A stretch of DNA of 64,000 nt, from NCBI GenBank assembly GCA_048939765.1, contig JBHLPF010000002.1:32001-96000 (forward strand). The letters run 5' to 3'. Below are positions 29,988 through 40,039 of the stretch, one piece after another (position 1 is the stretch's first letter; every line of letters starts with the position of its first letter). The notes beneath the pieces are model-generated. The model ran no database searches. It was not told the origin of the DNA and saw only the letters and a list, made by a program, of their open reading frames with translations. The position numbers and the translations under genes were made by a program. The DNA comes from Promethearchaeota archaeon. Its GTDB lineage: Archaea; Asgardarchaeota; Thorarchaeia; Thorarchaeales; Thorarchaeaceae.

Positions 29988-30757
29988 TGTCATTTCTTGA
30001 GGTGTTTCAGTATACGCGCCAGGCCTCTCTGGTCCATGACCTAGACCCACGGTCAAAAATGATGTTGACTCTCACTCTTGCCGTTATATCTCTCCTCTTT
30101 CTGGACATTGTTCCACTGCTGATTATTCTAATCACAATGGTTCCTCTTCTCATTGCAGCTAAATCCCTCCGAAGATGGGCACGTAGCATGAAGGGGATGT
30201 CCTATCTATTGCTCTTCATTGTCATCTTTAACACACTACTCTCAAATGTTTCAAATCCATTCTCGCATTCAATAGCATTGGCCATCAGGCTTCTTGCGTT
30301 GATGACTTCCTTCTCCATCTTCTTCTTGACTGTGCATCCAGACCAACTTGCGCAATCCCTGATTCAGATGCGGGTTCGTTTCGAGTTTGCATTTGCTATG
30401 AGCATGGCTATGCGATATGTTCCCACACTTGGACAAGAGGCTTATGCAATCATGGATGCGCAGAAGGCCCGCGGGGTGGAGCTGGACAAAGGCAACATTC
30501 TGAAGCGCATTCGCAATATAGTGCCAATCATTGTTCCTCTGATTATTGTTTCAATACGAAGAGCCTTGTCTGTGGCTGAGAGCATGGAATCGAGGGGATT
30601 CGGAGCAAATGAGAACAGAACATACATGGAGCTTTTAAGATTCAGAAGGAGGGACTGGGCGGTCCTGCTCGTATCACTTCTCGTGCTAGTCTGTGGCATC
30701 TATGTGAGGTTCTTTGTTCCACTTCCATCCTGGATGTTGTTCCAGCTACCATTCTAA
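29984..30757 (+). CDS. ecfT: ECF transporter T component
   Basis: LDPRSK, AQKARG and MESRG Arg motifs. Confidence 0.92.
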   Translation: MMSFLEVFQYTRQASLVHDLDPRSKMMLTLTLAVISLLFLDIVPLLIILITMVPLLIAAKSLRRWARSMKGMSYLLLFIVIFNTLLSNVSNPFSHSIALAIRLLALMTSFSIFFLTVHPDQLAQSLIQMRVRFEFAFAMSMAMRYVPTLGQEAYAIMDAQKARGVELDKGNILKRIRNIVPIIVPLIIVSIRRALSVAESMESRGFGANENRTYMELLRFRRRDWAVLLVSLLVLVCGIYVRFFVPLPSWMLFQLPF

Positions 30758-30823
30758 CGCTTAATGGTTCATATGGATTTTATTTATCTAATCCCACACG
30801 TAATTTCTGGGGTGCTTCAGTAG

Positions 30824-31417
30824 GTGAGGAGCTTGTCTAAGAAAAAGTCTACCGGACTCACGAAGAGAAGGAAGTATACGGTCAAGAATCTAGTTACTGA
30901 TTTGAAGAAGATAGGGTGCTCTCCTAGAGTTCTTGACAACATCGGTCGCGAAGTAGTCTATTTTGAATGGACTCAAGCTCAACACTTGTTGGGAGAGGAC
31001 CATCCAGTCACCACGAATTTAGAATCACTTCTAGAGTTTATGCAAGGTGGCTGTGAGAAACAACTTGTTGAGGGTGAACTATGGCGTGCTGCTGACACTC
31101 CTCAGTCCGCACTCAATGACGCAATAAAGGGTGCACCAGCGGAGTTTCTATCCTACCAATTCGTTCGTTCGTCAGATCACGTCCATGAAGTTCTTGAAGC
31201 TGCCAAGAAAGAGCGTAAGATGGAAATCAAGACCTACAAGGAAATTGAGAAAGGTGTGAGAAAAGAAATCAAGGCAGACCCAGATAATCCTGACCTTTGG
31301 AATAAGCTACGGCTTGTCCTCTGGCTTGTCGGAAAGCACAAGGAATCTAGTGAGGCCTTCAAGAAGGCAAAGAAGCTTGGCTGGGACAGTGCCACAAGTG
31401 CCTTTGTTGCTCTCTAG
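30824..31417 (+). CDS. Hypothetical protein with a single C-terminal TPR
   Basis: IKADPDNPDLWNKL..VL...GK..E..EAFKKA pattern. Confidence 0.7.
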   Translation: MRSLSKKKSTGLTKRRKYTVKNLVTDLKKIGCSPRVLDNIGREVVYFEWTQAQHLLGEDHPVTTNLESLLEFMQGGCEKQLVEGELWRAADTPQSALNDAIKGAPAEFLSYQFVRSSDHVHEVLEAAKKERKMEIKTYKEIEKGVRKEIKADPDNPDLWNKLRLVLWLVGKHKESSEAFKKAKKLGWDSATSAFVAL

Positions 31418-31526
31418 ACGAAGTCTGATGATTAGTGCATATTGATTCATCTCATCCGAATGATGAATCCAGAGGTGAACGATACAATCATTGGGCGGCT
31501 TTGTCAATGTTTCAATGACGCTCATC

Positions 31527-32078
31527 ATGACTCGAATCCTACATCTCATGAGGCACGCAGAAACAGAAATTGATCCTAATATTCCAGCATCTGATTGGCA
31601 GCTCACTGAGGATGGCCTTTGCCAAGCAGAAGAACTTGCTTCGGTGGGCATCTTTTCTGGTGTGGATGGCATCTTTTCATCAACTGAAAGCAAGGCGTTG
31701 CAGACGGCACGCCCTTTTGCTGACAGGCTCGGAATTGAGATTATGGAATACTCTGAGTTCAGAGAGCTTAACAGAGGAACCGAAATGCTCTCTGATACGG
31801 AATACTTACACTCTGTGGAGGGGCTTCTGAATAGATCTGATGCCGTACCTGGCTGGGAGTTACGAGAGCATGCCATGAATCGTTTTCAAACAAGGCTAGA
31901 ACGAATAATGAACAAGGGTGATTTCAGAGAGGGTCTTCTCATTTCTCATGGACTTGTTCTCTCAATGCATTTCGCAGATCTCTTGCAACTTGATGATGTC
32001 TTCTCAAGATGGAAAAGACTGAGATTCTGTGCGTGGGGAACAATTCAAGCCAATCTGGTCATCAAGGATATAGTCTAA
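31527..32078 (+). CDS. Histidine phosphatase (PGAM-like) family protein
   Basis: LMRHAE, SST..KALQTA, ISHG. Confidence 0.85.
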   Translation: MTRILHLMRHAETEIDPNIPASDWQLTEDGLCQAEELASVGIFSGVDGIFSSTESKALQTARPFADRLGIEIMEYSEFRELNRGTEMLSDTEYLHSVEGLLNRSDAVPGWELREHAMNRFQTRLERIMNKGDFREGLLISHGLVLSMHFADLLQLDDVFSRWKRLRFCAWGTIQANLVIKDIV

Positions 32079-32148
32079 TCGCCTATTTCCGAACCAGTGC
32101 ATTCGGATTCTTGCTTTTTTCATAGCCTAGCTCGCACAAACAGGAATC

Positions 32149-32682
32149 TTGTATCTCCCGAGCATAGATATTCTTTCCATGAGTTATCTTGTAATGGGAA
32201 AAGAGATGACAGATCCCTCAGAACTGATCAAGAGATACGAACAAATCATTGAAACTCCTGCGAAGGAGCTGAGATTCAATGAGCACGGTGAATCAGTGGC
32301 AATACTTTGCCAGTCTGAATGGGTTCGTATTCTTGTGATTCAGCGTCAAGATACTGCCAATCTGGTTTCAATTGAGGTTGAACTGTCACTTCCTGCGCGA
32401 AGCACAAAGGCGTCATCAGGTATTCGCGAAAAAGGTGATTTGAAAGAAGCAGATACAAAGGTGCTTGCAGATCAGGTTATAGAGCACCTTCGTTATATGA
32501 CCCTTCTCCAAGATGAAGGATTCACTCTTGAGCTAATTGGACAAGAGTGCCTCTGGACTGCGTCCAGAGACCTTCAGGAATCCCCCCGTCAGGAATTTTT
32601 CGAATTACTTACTCCTCCTTCCGAATGTGTTCCATGGAGCGCTGAGAATTCTGTCATCTCCCCATTCAAATATGCATCATAA
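32149..32682 (+). CDS. Hypothetical protein (true start uncertain)
   Basis: 177-aa ORF with protein-like composition filling the intergenic space. Confidence 0.6.
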   Translation: MYLPSIDILSMSYLVMGKEMTDPSELIKRYEQIIETPAKELRFNEHGESVAILCQSEWVRILVIQRQDTANLVSIEVELSLPARSTKASSGIREKGDLKEADTKVLADQVIEHLRYMTLLQDEGFTLELIGQECLWTASRDLQESPRQEFFELLTPPSECVPWSAENSVISPFKYAS

Positions 32683-32701
32683 AGTGAAAGGTGGTTAGAA
32701 G

Positions 32702-32956
32702 ATGACTATGGAGTTGCCTATGAGTGCGCTGATAGTACTCGATTTTCTTACAAAGAGAGGCCCCCACTCGCCTAAAGTGATAAGCAAGAAGGCCAACCTT
32801 CCACTTAGGACGGTTTCCTTTGCCCTACGCCACTTGCGAAAGGGCCAACTATGTCGCAGAATTCCAAATCTCAGTGACATGCGTCAGCCCCTATATATCG
32901 CTGACATTGAGCGTGCTAGAGCGGTCTTTCTCAGGCACGGCAGAGTTCCAGTATAA
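32702..32956 (+). CDS. Small winged-helix DNA-binding protein
   Basis: VLDFL..RGPHSPKVIS...NLPLRTVSFALRHL...PNLSDMRQPLY. Confidence 0.8.
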   Translation: MTMELPMSALIVLDFLTKRGPHSPKVISKKANLPLRTVSFALRHLRKGQLCRRIPNLSDMRQPLYIADIERARAVFLRHGRVPV

Positions 32957-33020
32957 GCCCCACAAGGCATGCCTGCGCGCGTAGGCGCCCGGCCTCATGT
33001 GGGGTCATTTCCTCTTTTCT
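32957..33020 (+). terminator. Three-segment GC-rich stem-loop plus pyrimidine tract
   Basis: GCCCCACA/TGTGGGGT, AGGC/GCCT and GCCTGC/GTAGGC stems, then ATTTCCTCTTTTCT. Confidence 0.55.
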
Positions 33021-33100
33021 GATCAGTCAATAATCCAAAGAGACGACTTGTTTATGAGGAAGTGCATATTGAGAACCTTGCTACAGGACGTGATACTGCG

Positions 33101-35113
33101 ATGATTGATGTGTCCAAGGCGATGGCCATAAAGCTCCCTCAGGAGCTACCGCCACATCCTGAATTTGATGCACAATACAGGCGAGCACCGAATAGAGGAT
33201 ATACTCTATCCGAATCTGATACTGTGATAGCTCTCAAGAATGCTCTCAGATATGTTCCAGCAAATCTTCACGAGACTCTCGCTCCAGAGTTCTTGGATGA
33301 GTTGATGACCAGAGGGCGGATCTATGGGTACCGCTATCGTCCTCCAGGGCCCATCAAAGCACTGCCCGTTGATGAATACAAGGGAATCCTAGAGGCCAGA
33401 GCGCTTCAACTAATGATTGATAATAATCTGGACTTCGATGTCGCTCTGTATCCCTATGAACTTGTGACTTATGGAGAGAGCGGGCAGGTCTGCCAGAACT
33501 GGATGCAGTACAGGCTCATCAAGCAATACCTAGAAACAATGACAGATGAACAGACACTCGTAGTCAGTTCAGGCCATCCCGTCGGCCTGTTTCCCTCTCG
33601 CAAACTTGCTCCTCGTGCAATCACGACAAACGGACTCATGGTGGGTATGTATGACACGCTTGAGAGCTTTCACAGAGCTGCAGCTCTAGGAGTTGCGAAT
33701 TATGGGCAGATGACAGCTGGAGGTTGGATGTATATCGGTCCTCAAGGCATAGTCCATGGGACCTACATCACATTGCTCAATGCGGGACGGCTGTATTTGG
33801 GACTGCCTGAGGACCAAGACCTTCGAGGTCGAACCTTTTTGACCTCTGGATTAGGAGGGATGAGCGGTGCCCAGGCGAAAGCAATTGAGATTGCAGGTGG
33901 CATAGGTATTATTGCAGAAGTGGACAAGAGTCGCATTGAGACCCGTCATGAACAAGGTTGGTTAAGCAAGTATTCTGCTAATCTAGCGGAGATCTTCGAA
34001 TGGGTCGATGAATACAAGGAGAAGAGTGAGCCCGTTTCAATTGGCTACTATGGAAATGTTGTCGATCTATGGAGGTATGTTGAAAACAATGAGATACCGA
34101 TTGATCTCTCGTCAGACCAGACATCCTGTCATGATGTCTATAACGGCGGGTACACTCCCCACGGACTGACCTTTGAGCAAGGACGAGAGCTCTTGAAAAC
34201 AGATCGAGCAGAATTCAAAGTCCTTGCTGACAAATCATTGAGGCTGCAGTTTGAGCTCATCAGGAAGATGACAGAACGCGGCTCATACTTCTGGGACTAC
34301 GGTAACAGTTTCTTGAAAGCAGTATTCGACGCTGGTGTGACAGCCATTGCTAGGAATGGCGAGAATCCTGACGACGGTTTCATATTTCACTCCTATGTAG
34401 AAGATATCATGGGACCGATTTGCTTCGATTATGGGTATGGCCCATTTCGGTGGGTATGCCTGAGCGGCAAGCATGATGATTTGATCAAGACAGACCAGGC
34501 TGCTATGTCTTGTATAGACCCAACAAGAAGAGGTCAGGATAGGGATAATTACGTCTGGATTCGGGATGCTGAGAAGAATGCATTGGTTGTCGGCTCTCAA
34601 GCCAGAATTCTCTACGCTGATGCAGCTGGAAGAGTCAAGATTGCGTTGGAGTTCAATAGGAAGATTCGCGAGGGTGAGATAGGCCCAGTAATGATGGGGA
34701 GAGACCATCATGACACAGGTGGCACAGACTCTCCATTCAGAGAAACCGCAAACATTCGCGATGGCAGTAATGTGACAAGTGATATGGCTCATCAAGTCTG
34801 GGCTGGGAACGCAGCCAGAGGGATGACCCTCTGTGTCCTTTCAAATGGGGGTGGCGTGGGTACCGGGAAGGCCATCAATGGCGGATTCGGCCTTGTGCTT
34901 GATGGAAGTGAGAGAGTAGACAACATTATCCGCCTTGGTCTTGATTGGGATGTGATGGGTGGAGTTGCTCGACGGGCATGGGCTAGAAATGACCATTCGA
35001 TTGAAACTGCGATTGAATGGAACAGGTTGATGAGCGACAGAGGTCAGATCACTCTGCCTTACGTGCCAGAAGAAGGACTTGTCGAGAGTATTGTGAAGAA
35101 GAAGCTACAATGA
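33101..35113 (+). CDS. hutU: Urocanate hydratase (long, about 670-aa type)
   Basis: PYELVTYG, YGQMTAGGWMYIGPQGIVHGT, GLGGMSGAQ, SDQTSCH, GPFRW, GRDHHD, SPFRET. Confidence 0.97.
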   Translation: MIDVSKAMAIKLPQELPPHPEFDAQYRRAPNRGYTLSESDTVIALKNALRYVPANLHETLAPEFLDELMTRGRIYGYRYRPPGPIKALPVDEYKGILEARALQLMIDNNLDFDVALYPYELVTYGESGQVCQNWMQYRLIKQYLETMTDEQTLVVSSGHPVGLFPSRKLAPRAITTNGLMVGMYDTLESFHRAAALGVANYGQMTAGGWMYIGPQGIVHGTYITLLNAGRLYLGLPEDQDLRGRTFLTSGLGGMSGAQAKAIEIAGGIGIIAEVDKSRIETRHEQGWLSKYSANLAEIFEWVDEYKEKSEPVSIGYYGNVVDLWRYVENNEIPIDLSSDQTSCHDVYNGGYTPHGLTFEQGRELLKTDRAEFKVLADKSLRLQFELIRKMTERGSYFWDYGNSFLKAVFDAGVTAIARNGENPDDGFIFHSYVEDIMGPICFDYGYGPFRWVCLSGKHDDLIKTDQAAMSCIDPTRRGQDRDNYVWIRDAEKNALVVGSQARILYADAAGRVKIALEFNRKIREGEIGPVMMGRDHHDTGGTDSPFRETANIRDGSNVTSDMAHQVWAGNAARGMTLCVLSNGGGVGTGKAINGGFGLVLDGSERVDNIIRLGLDWDVMGGVARRAWARNDHSIETAIEWNRLMSDRGQITLPYVPEEGLVESIVKKKLQ

Positions 35114-35147
35114 ATATCATTGTACCATAACCAAAGAGTATTAACTA

Positions 35148-35846
35148 TTGTTTCCGCTCCAAAGCTTGTTGTTGAAATTGAGCGGATGGACAGGTGCCTA
35201 TAAGACTACGCCCCCTTGGGACATTGGTCGTCCACAACGGGCTGTCGTTGACCTTGTTGATAACCGAGATCTATCAGGAAGAATCTTGGATGTAGGTTGC
35301 GGGACTGGCGAGAATGCGATTTTTCTGGCCGCAAATGGCTTCGATGTTGTGGGCATAGACTTCACTCCTAGAGCAATCGAGATAGCACAAGTGAAAGCCT
35401 TCGAGAGGGATGTGGACGTCGAATTCCTGGTGGGTGACGTGTTGGAACTGGACTATTACTTCCGCGAAGCTGAGTTTGATGCAGTGCTTGACTCGGGGCT
35501 TTTCCATACTCTGACTGATGAGGAACGACCGCTCTACGTCGAACAGGTTGCCAGAGTCTTGAGGTCTAGAGGGTCATACTTCATGTTAAGCTTCTCTGCA
35601 AAGCAACCTGGAATGACCGGACCAAGAAGGATGAGTGTGAGAGAAATCACCGAGTCTTTCCAAGACAGATTCCATCTCAACTACATTCGAGATGTGATAT
35701 TTGAGTCAAATGTACATGATTCTGGTGCTAAGGGCTATCTGACCTCCGCAACTCGACTCTCAAGTGAGAGGTCGATGAAGAATGCCTCATATAGGTCAGA
35801 TTATGAACGGTCTTTCCTCTGGCGAACCCGGGAGTACAGTCAGTGA
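35148..35846 (+). CDS. Class I SAM-dependent methyltransferase
   Basis: PPWDIGRPQ, ILDVGCGTG, FDAVLDSGLFH. Confidence 0.9.
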   Translation: MFPLQSLLLKLSGWTGAYKTTPPWDIGRPQRAVVDLVDNRDLSGRILDVGCGTGENAIFLAANGFDVVGIDFTPRAIEIAQVKAFERDVDVEFLVGDVLELDYYFREAEFDAVLDSGLFHTLTDEERPLYVEQVARVLRSRGSYFMLSFSAKQPGMTGPRRMSVREITESFQDRFHLNYIRDVIFESNVHDSGAKGYLTSATRLSSERSMKNASYRSDYERSFLWRTREYSQ

Positions 35847-35997
35847 ATCCTAGTCTTTACCAGTCAGTCAAAATCAGATTAAACTTGATAATGTGATGCA
35901 TCAGATTAATGCATTGCCACGTTGACGCATTCTCCGGTAATTACTAAAGCAGGACCACCATGTCATAGAAAAGGGCACGGGGTCACGAGGTGAATCC

Positions 35998-37530
35998 ATG
36001 ACTGTGGCTATTGATGGCATTAGTCTAACCATCGAGGATGTTGTGAAGGTGGCTCGCCATGATGAGCCTGTGGAGCTATCCGAAGCTGCGCTAGACGGTA
36101 TTCTCAGTAGCAGAGATGTAATCGAGAAGGCCGTGAAGGAGGGTCGCACTGTCTATGGTGTGAACACAGGCTTTGGTGACCTTTCCAATGTCTGCATAGA
36201 CCCTAAGGATCTAGCAAAGCTGCAAGTCAATCTTATTCGGAGCCACTCTGCTGGAGTTGGCCTTCCCTTCTCCATTGAAGTAGTGAGAGGAATGATGCTT
36301 TTGCGTGCCAATGCTCTCGCGAAGGGATTCTCTGGAGTACGATTGGATGTCATTGAGATGCTAATTGACATGCTCAATGCAGGAGTGACCCCTGTGGTTC
36401 CACAACAAGGATCTGTTGGTTCTAGCGGCGACCTTGCTCCGCTTGCACATATGGCCCTAGTCTTGATTGGTGAGGGTGAGGCATATTTCAAGGGTGATCG
36501 AGTTGCGGGAAGAGATGCTCTAAGCCGAGCTGGAATCACGCCCCTGGTTTTACAGGCCAAGGAAGGAGTCGCTCTGATAAATGGGACCCAACCAATGTGT
36601 GCCATTGCTTCATTAGTCGTACATGATGCATTAGCTCTTCTCAAGGACGCATGTATTGCAGCCTCAATGAGTCTGGAGGCACTAAAGGGAACACGTGCAG
36701 CACTAGATGAGCGAATTCACCGAGTGCGTCGCTACGAAGGACAGAGTGACGTCGCCCGCACAATGCTTGAGATACTCAGAGACAGCGAAATCAATCAATC
36801 TCATGCAGACTGTGGCATAGTACAAGATGCATATTCACTGCGCTGTGTTCCTCAGGTTCTTGGCGCATCTCTAGATGCACTAAGATACGCTCAAAACACG
36901 CTTGAGATTGAGATCAACTCGGCAACCGACAACCCTCTAGTGTTTTCCGAAGAAGGCGATGTTGTTTCTGGAGGGAATTTCCATGGTCAACCAATTGCAT
37001 TGGCGATGGACTTTGTGGGCATTGCTCTGTCTGAGATTGCTAACATCTCAGAGCGAAGGGTGAATCGACTTGTTAATCCGAGTCTGAGTGGTTTACCCGC
37101 ATTCTTGACAACTGAAGGTGGACTCGAGTCGGGAATGATGATTGCCCAGTACACCGCGGCAGCACTTGTTTCAGAAAACAAGGTTCTAGCACATCCAGCA
37201 AGTGTTGACTCTATTCCCACAAGTGCTGACCAAGAGGATCATGTGAGCATGGGCACCATCTCAGCCAGGAAGGCCGCAGAGATACTTGGCAATGTGAAGA
37301 ATGTCATTGCGATAGAATATATGTGCGCTGCACAAGGTCTTAGTCTACTATTGCCTCTACAACCGTCTGAACCTCTCAAACTGGCATTTGGCGCAATCAG
37401 AGAAACCGTTCCGCAGCTAGATGACGACAGACCATTACACATTGATATTGAAAGGATTCGAGAAATGATCGACTCTGAAACCATCGTAGCGAGTGTTGAG
37501 AAAGTCACGGGAACTCTACTGGAGGGTTAG
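35998..37530 (+). CDS. hutH: Histidine ammonia-lyase
   Basis: YGVNTGFG, GSVGSSGDLAPLAH (MIO-forming triad is SSG here), QDAYSLRC, SGGNFHG, QEDHVSMG. Confidence 0.96.
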   Translation: MTVAIDGISLTIEDVVKVARHDEPVELSEAALDGILSSRDVIEKAVKEGRTVYGVNTGFGDLSNVCIDPKDLAKLQVNLIRSHSAGVGLPFSIEVVRGMMLLRANALAKGFSGVRLDVIEMLIDMLNAGVTPVVPQQGSVGSSGDLAPLAHMALVLIGEGEAYFKGDRVAGRDALSRAGITPLVLQAKEGVALINGTQPMCAIASLVVHDALALLKDACIAASMSLEALKGTRAALDERIHRVRRYEGQSDVARTMLEILRDSEINQSHADCGIVQDAYSLRCVPQVLGASLDALRYAQNTLEIEINSATDNPLVFSEEGDVVSGGNFHGQPIALAMDFVGIALSEIANISERRVNRLVNPSLSGLPAFLTTEGGLESGMMIAQYTAAALVSENKVLAHPASVDSIPTSADQEDHVSMGTISARKAAEILGNVKNVIAIEYMCAAQGLSLLLPLQPSEPLKLAFGAIRETVPQLDDDRPLHIDIERIREMIDSETIVASVEKVTGTLLEG

Positions 37531-37605
37531 CGCATGGCATTCGTCAAGCTTTATCTGGTTTTCAAATAGTATCTTGTTTTGTATCCAGAGGTGTGTGAAC
37601 CAGTC

Positions 37606-38058
37606 TTGAAAGGTCTGACAAAAGCCATGGAGCAGTACCTTGAGTCAATATATGAGCTGCAGCAAGAACATGGCTCTGCAAATGTGACTGATATCGCTGA
37701 GATGAGGGGTGTGAAGGCACCCAGCGTAACATATGTTCTTCAGAAGCTCAAGAAGATTGGACTTGTAAACTATGAGCGTTATCGTAGTGTCAGTCTGACA
37801 CCCAAGGGAAAAGAGATAGCAGAGAACCTCGATCGCACTCACAAGACCATCAAGTGGTTCTTCTGTATGATCGGCATAGATGATGAGATTGCGGATGATG
37901 ACGCCTGTGAATTTGAGCACATCGCAAACCCCGAAACAGTAGAGAAACTCACGCAATTCGTGGATTGGGTGAAGGGCGCTCCAAAGAGCCCGAGGTGGCT
38001 TGAGCATTTCAAAGAGTACCAGGAATCAGGAACTCGCTCTGAAGAATGCCTGTCCTAG
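37606..38058 (+). CDS. DtxR/MntR-family metal-dependent transcriptional regulator
   Basis: MEQYLESIY, DIA...VKAPSVT, LTPKG, RTH, DACEFEH. Confidence 0.9.
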   Translation: MKGLTKAMEQYLESIYELQQEHGSANVTDIAEMRGVKAPSVTYVLQKLKKIGLVNYERYRSVSLTPKGKEIAENLDRTHKTIKWFFCMIGIDDEIADDDACEFEHIANPETVEKLTQFVDWVKGAPKSPRWLEHFKEYQESGTRSEECLS

Positions 38059-39320
38059 GGCCCTAGCTTAGTGTGGACAACCTCGCCATTTGCAACAACT
38101 GTATGTATCAGATTGACTCCGAACCTCCATGATAGATACTCTGGATTTGGACAGTCCAAGATTAGGATGTCTGCCCGCTTTCCTTGTTCTATGCTTCCCA
38201 GTGTTTCACTTCTTCCAAGAGCATGAGCCGCATTTATTGTGGCTGCTGAGATCGCTTCTCGTGGATGCATCTTCATCTTGTAGCAAGCCAAGGATATTGT
38301 GAAGAACATAGACTCGTTTGCGCAATTTGGATTGAAGTCAGTGGCGAGTGCCACAGGAAGCCCCATTTCTATCATCTTGCGGGCATCGGCGTATTCGGTA
38401 TCAAGACTGAATGCAGTTCCAGGTAGCAGGGTAGCAATGGTTCCAGCTTTACGCATGGATTCCAAATCATCATTGGAGGCCATCAGAAGATGATCTGCGG
38501 AAACTGCCTCGACTTCTGCTGCAAGGCCTGCCCCTCCAAGTTGGACAATCTCGTCTGCATGGACCTTTAGCTTCATGCCCTTGGCTTTTGCTGCTTGAAG
38601 AATCTCTCTCGACTGCTCCACACTGAATACACCGTCTTCACAGAAAACATCGCAGAACTCTGCCAAATTCTGTTTCGCGACAGCTGGAATCATTTCGTTC
38701 TTTACAAGGCCGACATAGTCATCAACCCTGCCCCTATACTCAGGAGGAATCGCATGAGCTCCCATGAAAGTTGATACAAACTCTGAGGGCAACTTGTTTC
38801 TCAATGTCCCTATAACACGGAGCATCTTCAATTCATTCTCTACATCGAGTCCATAGCCGCTCTTGGCCTCAATTGTTGTGGTCCCAGATGCAAGCATACT
38901 CTCAGCATATGAGAACGCATTGGAGATGAGTTCGTCTTCAGACGCTGATCGAGTCGCTTTCAGGGTGTTCAATATGCCTCCGCCCCCCTCCAGTATCTCC
39001 ATGTAGGTCCTGCCGGCAAGCTTCATGGCGAAGTCATTCTCTCTTGAGCCTCCAAACACTAGATGCGTATGACTGTCGACGAAACCTGGAATTGCTAGCA
39101 TATTGGGAAACTCGATTGGTGGGAGTTTAGGCTCGTCACTGAGGCTCGACATGACTTCCTTAGTCGTTCCAACCGCTATAATCTTCCCATCTTGAATGGC
39201 AACAGCTCCATCCTCAATTATAGACAACTCTTTCAGCGTTTCTCCTGTCTTTGGCGCGCTAGTATGTCCCGCAAGCGTGGCAAGTTGAGCGATGTGGGAG
39301 AGGACAATGTCCGGTTTCAT
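38055..39320 (-). CDS. hutI: Imidazolonepropionase
   Basis: PGFVDSHTHLVFGG, EAKSGYGL, GAHA, HADE, SADHL, ATDFNP. Confidence 0.96.
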   Translation of the reverse strand: MKPDIVLSHIAQLATLAGHTSAPKTGETLKELSIIEDGAVAIQDGKIIAVGTTKEVMSSLSDEPKLPPIEFPNMLAIPGFVDSHTHLVFGGSRENDFAMKLAGRTYMEILEGGGGILNTLKATRSASEDELISNAFSYAESMLASGTTTIEAKSGYGLDVENELKMLRVIGTLRNKLPSEFVSTFMGAHAIPPEYRGRVDDYVGLVKNEMIPAVAKQNLAEFCDVFCEDGVFSVEQSREILQAAKAKGMKLKVHADEIVQLGGAGLAAEVEAVSADHLLMASNDDLESMRKAGTIATLLPGTAFSLDTEYADARKMIEMGLPVALATDFNPNCANESMFFTISLACYKMKMHPREAISAATINAAHALGRSETLGSIEQGKRADILILDCPNPEYLSWRFGVNLIHTVVANGEVVHTKLGP

Positions 39321-39448
39321 ATCTATTCACAATGAGTGACGAGTATCTCCCCCCTAAATCTACGTTGCGCTGAAGAGTTTCTCAGCAGTACTGTTAATAT
39401 GGAGGAAGTACACTGAGCTGCAAAGCCCGTGCGGGGTTATGGAGTAGA

Positions 39449-40030
39449 ATGGAGTATCTAATTCTCACTTGGGATGACGTCTACAATCTCACGCTTCAGC
39501 TTTCGGAACGTGTTGTTGAGAGCGGCTTCAAGCCTGATGTAGTGGTAGGAATAGCAAGAGGTGGTTGGATACCAGCCAGGGTGCTTTCCGATGTCCTGTA
39601 TGCAGATAGTCTCCAGAATATCCGCATTGAATACTACAGTGACGTAGGTCAGAAAGGACGCGAGCCTAAAATCACCCAACCCATCACAGGATCAATGGAG
39701 GGCAAGAGCGTATTGCTGGTGGATGAGGTCGCCGACACAGGAGACAGTCTCTATCATGCAATCGAACATGTTCAGGACTTGGGAGCGGCCGACGTGAAGA
39801 CAGCAGTCCTACACTGGAAACCTTGGTCGAGAGTCAAACCAGATTTCTTCATGGTGCAGACCGAGAGGTGGACAGTATATCCCTGGGAAATGCGGGAGTC
39901 AATCATTGCGTTGGTAAAGGTGTTCAAGAAGGAAGATCCTTCAATGGACCTCAAGCAAATTCGCAATAAGCTCGTCTTCGAGGTGGGATTCCAGCCCACT
40001 GTCGCAGACTATTTCATCAAGAGGCTCTAA
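39449..40030 (+). CDS. Type I phosphoribosyltransferase (purine salvage, Gpt-like)
   Basis: IARGG, VLLVDEVADTGDS, WTVYPWE. Confidence 0.9.
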   Translation: MEYLILTWDDVYNLTLQLSERVVESGFKPDVVVGIARGGWIPARVLSDVLYADSLQNIRIEYYSDVGQKGREPKITQPITGSMEGKSVLLVDEVADTGDSLYHAIEHVQDLGAADVKTAVLHWKPWSRVKPDFFMVQTERWTVYPWEMRESIIALVKVFKKEDPSMDLKQIRNKLVFEVGFQPTVADYFIKRL

Positions 40031-40039
40031 AGTATAGAA

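Noticed and set aside
33023-33030. TCAGTCAA as a hut-specific operator (also at 35864)
   Set aside because: The same 8-mer occurs near 25196, upstream of rpl37ae, so specificity is unsupported.
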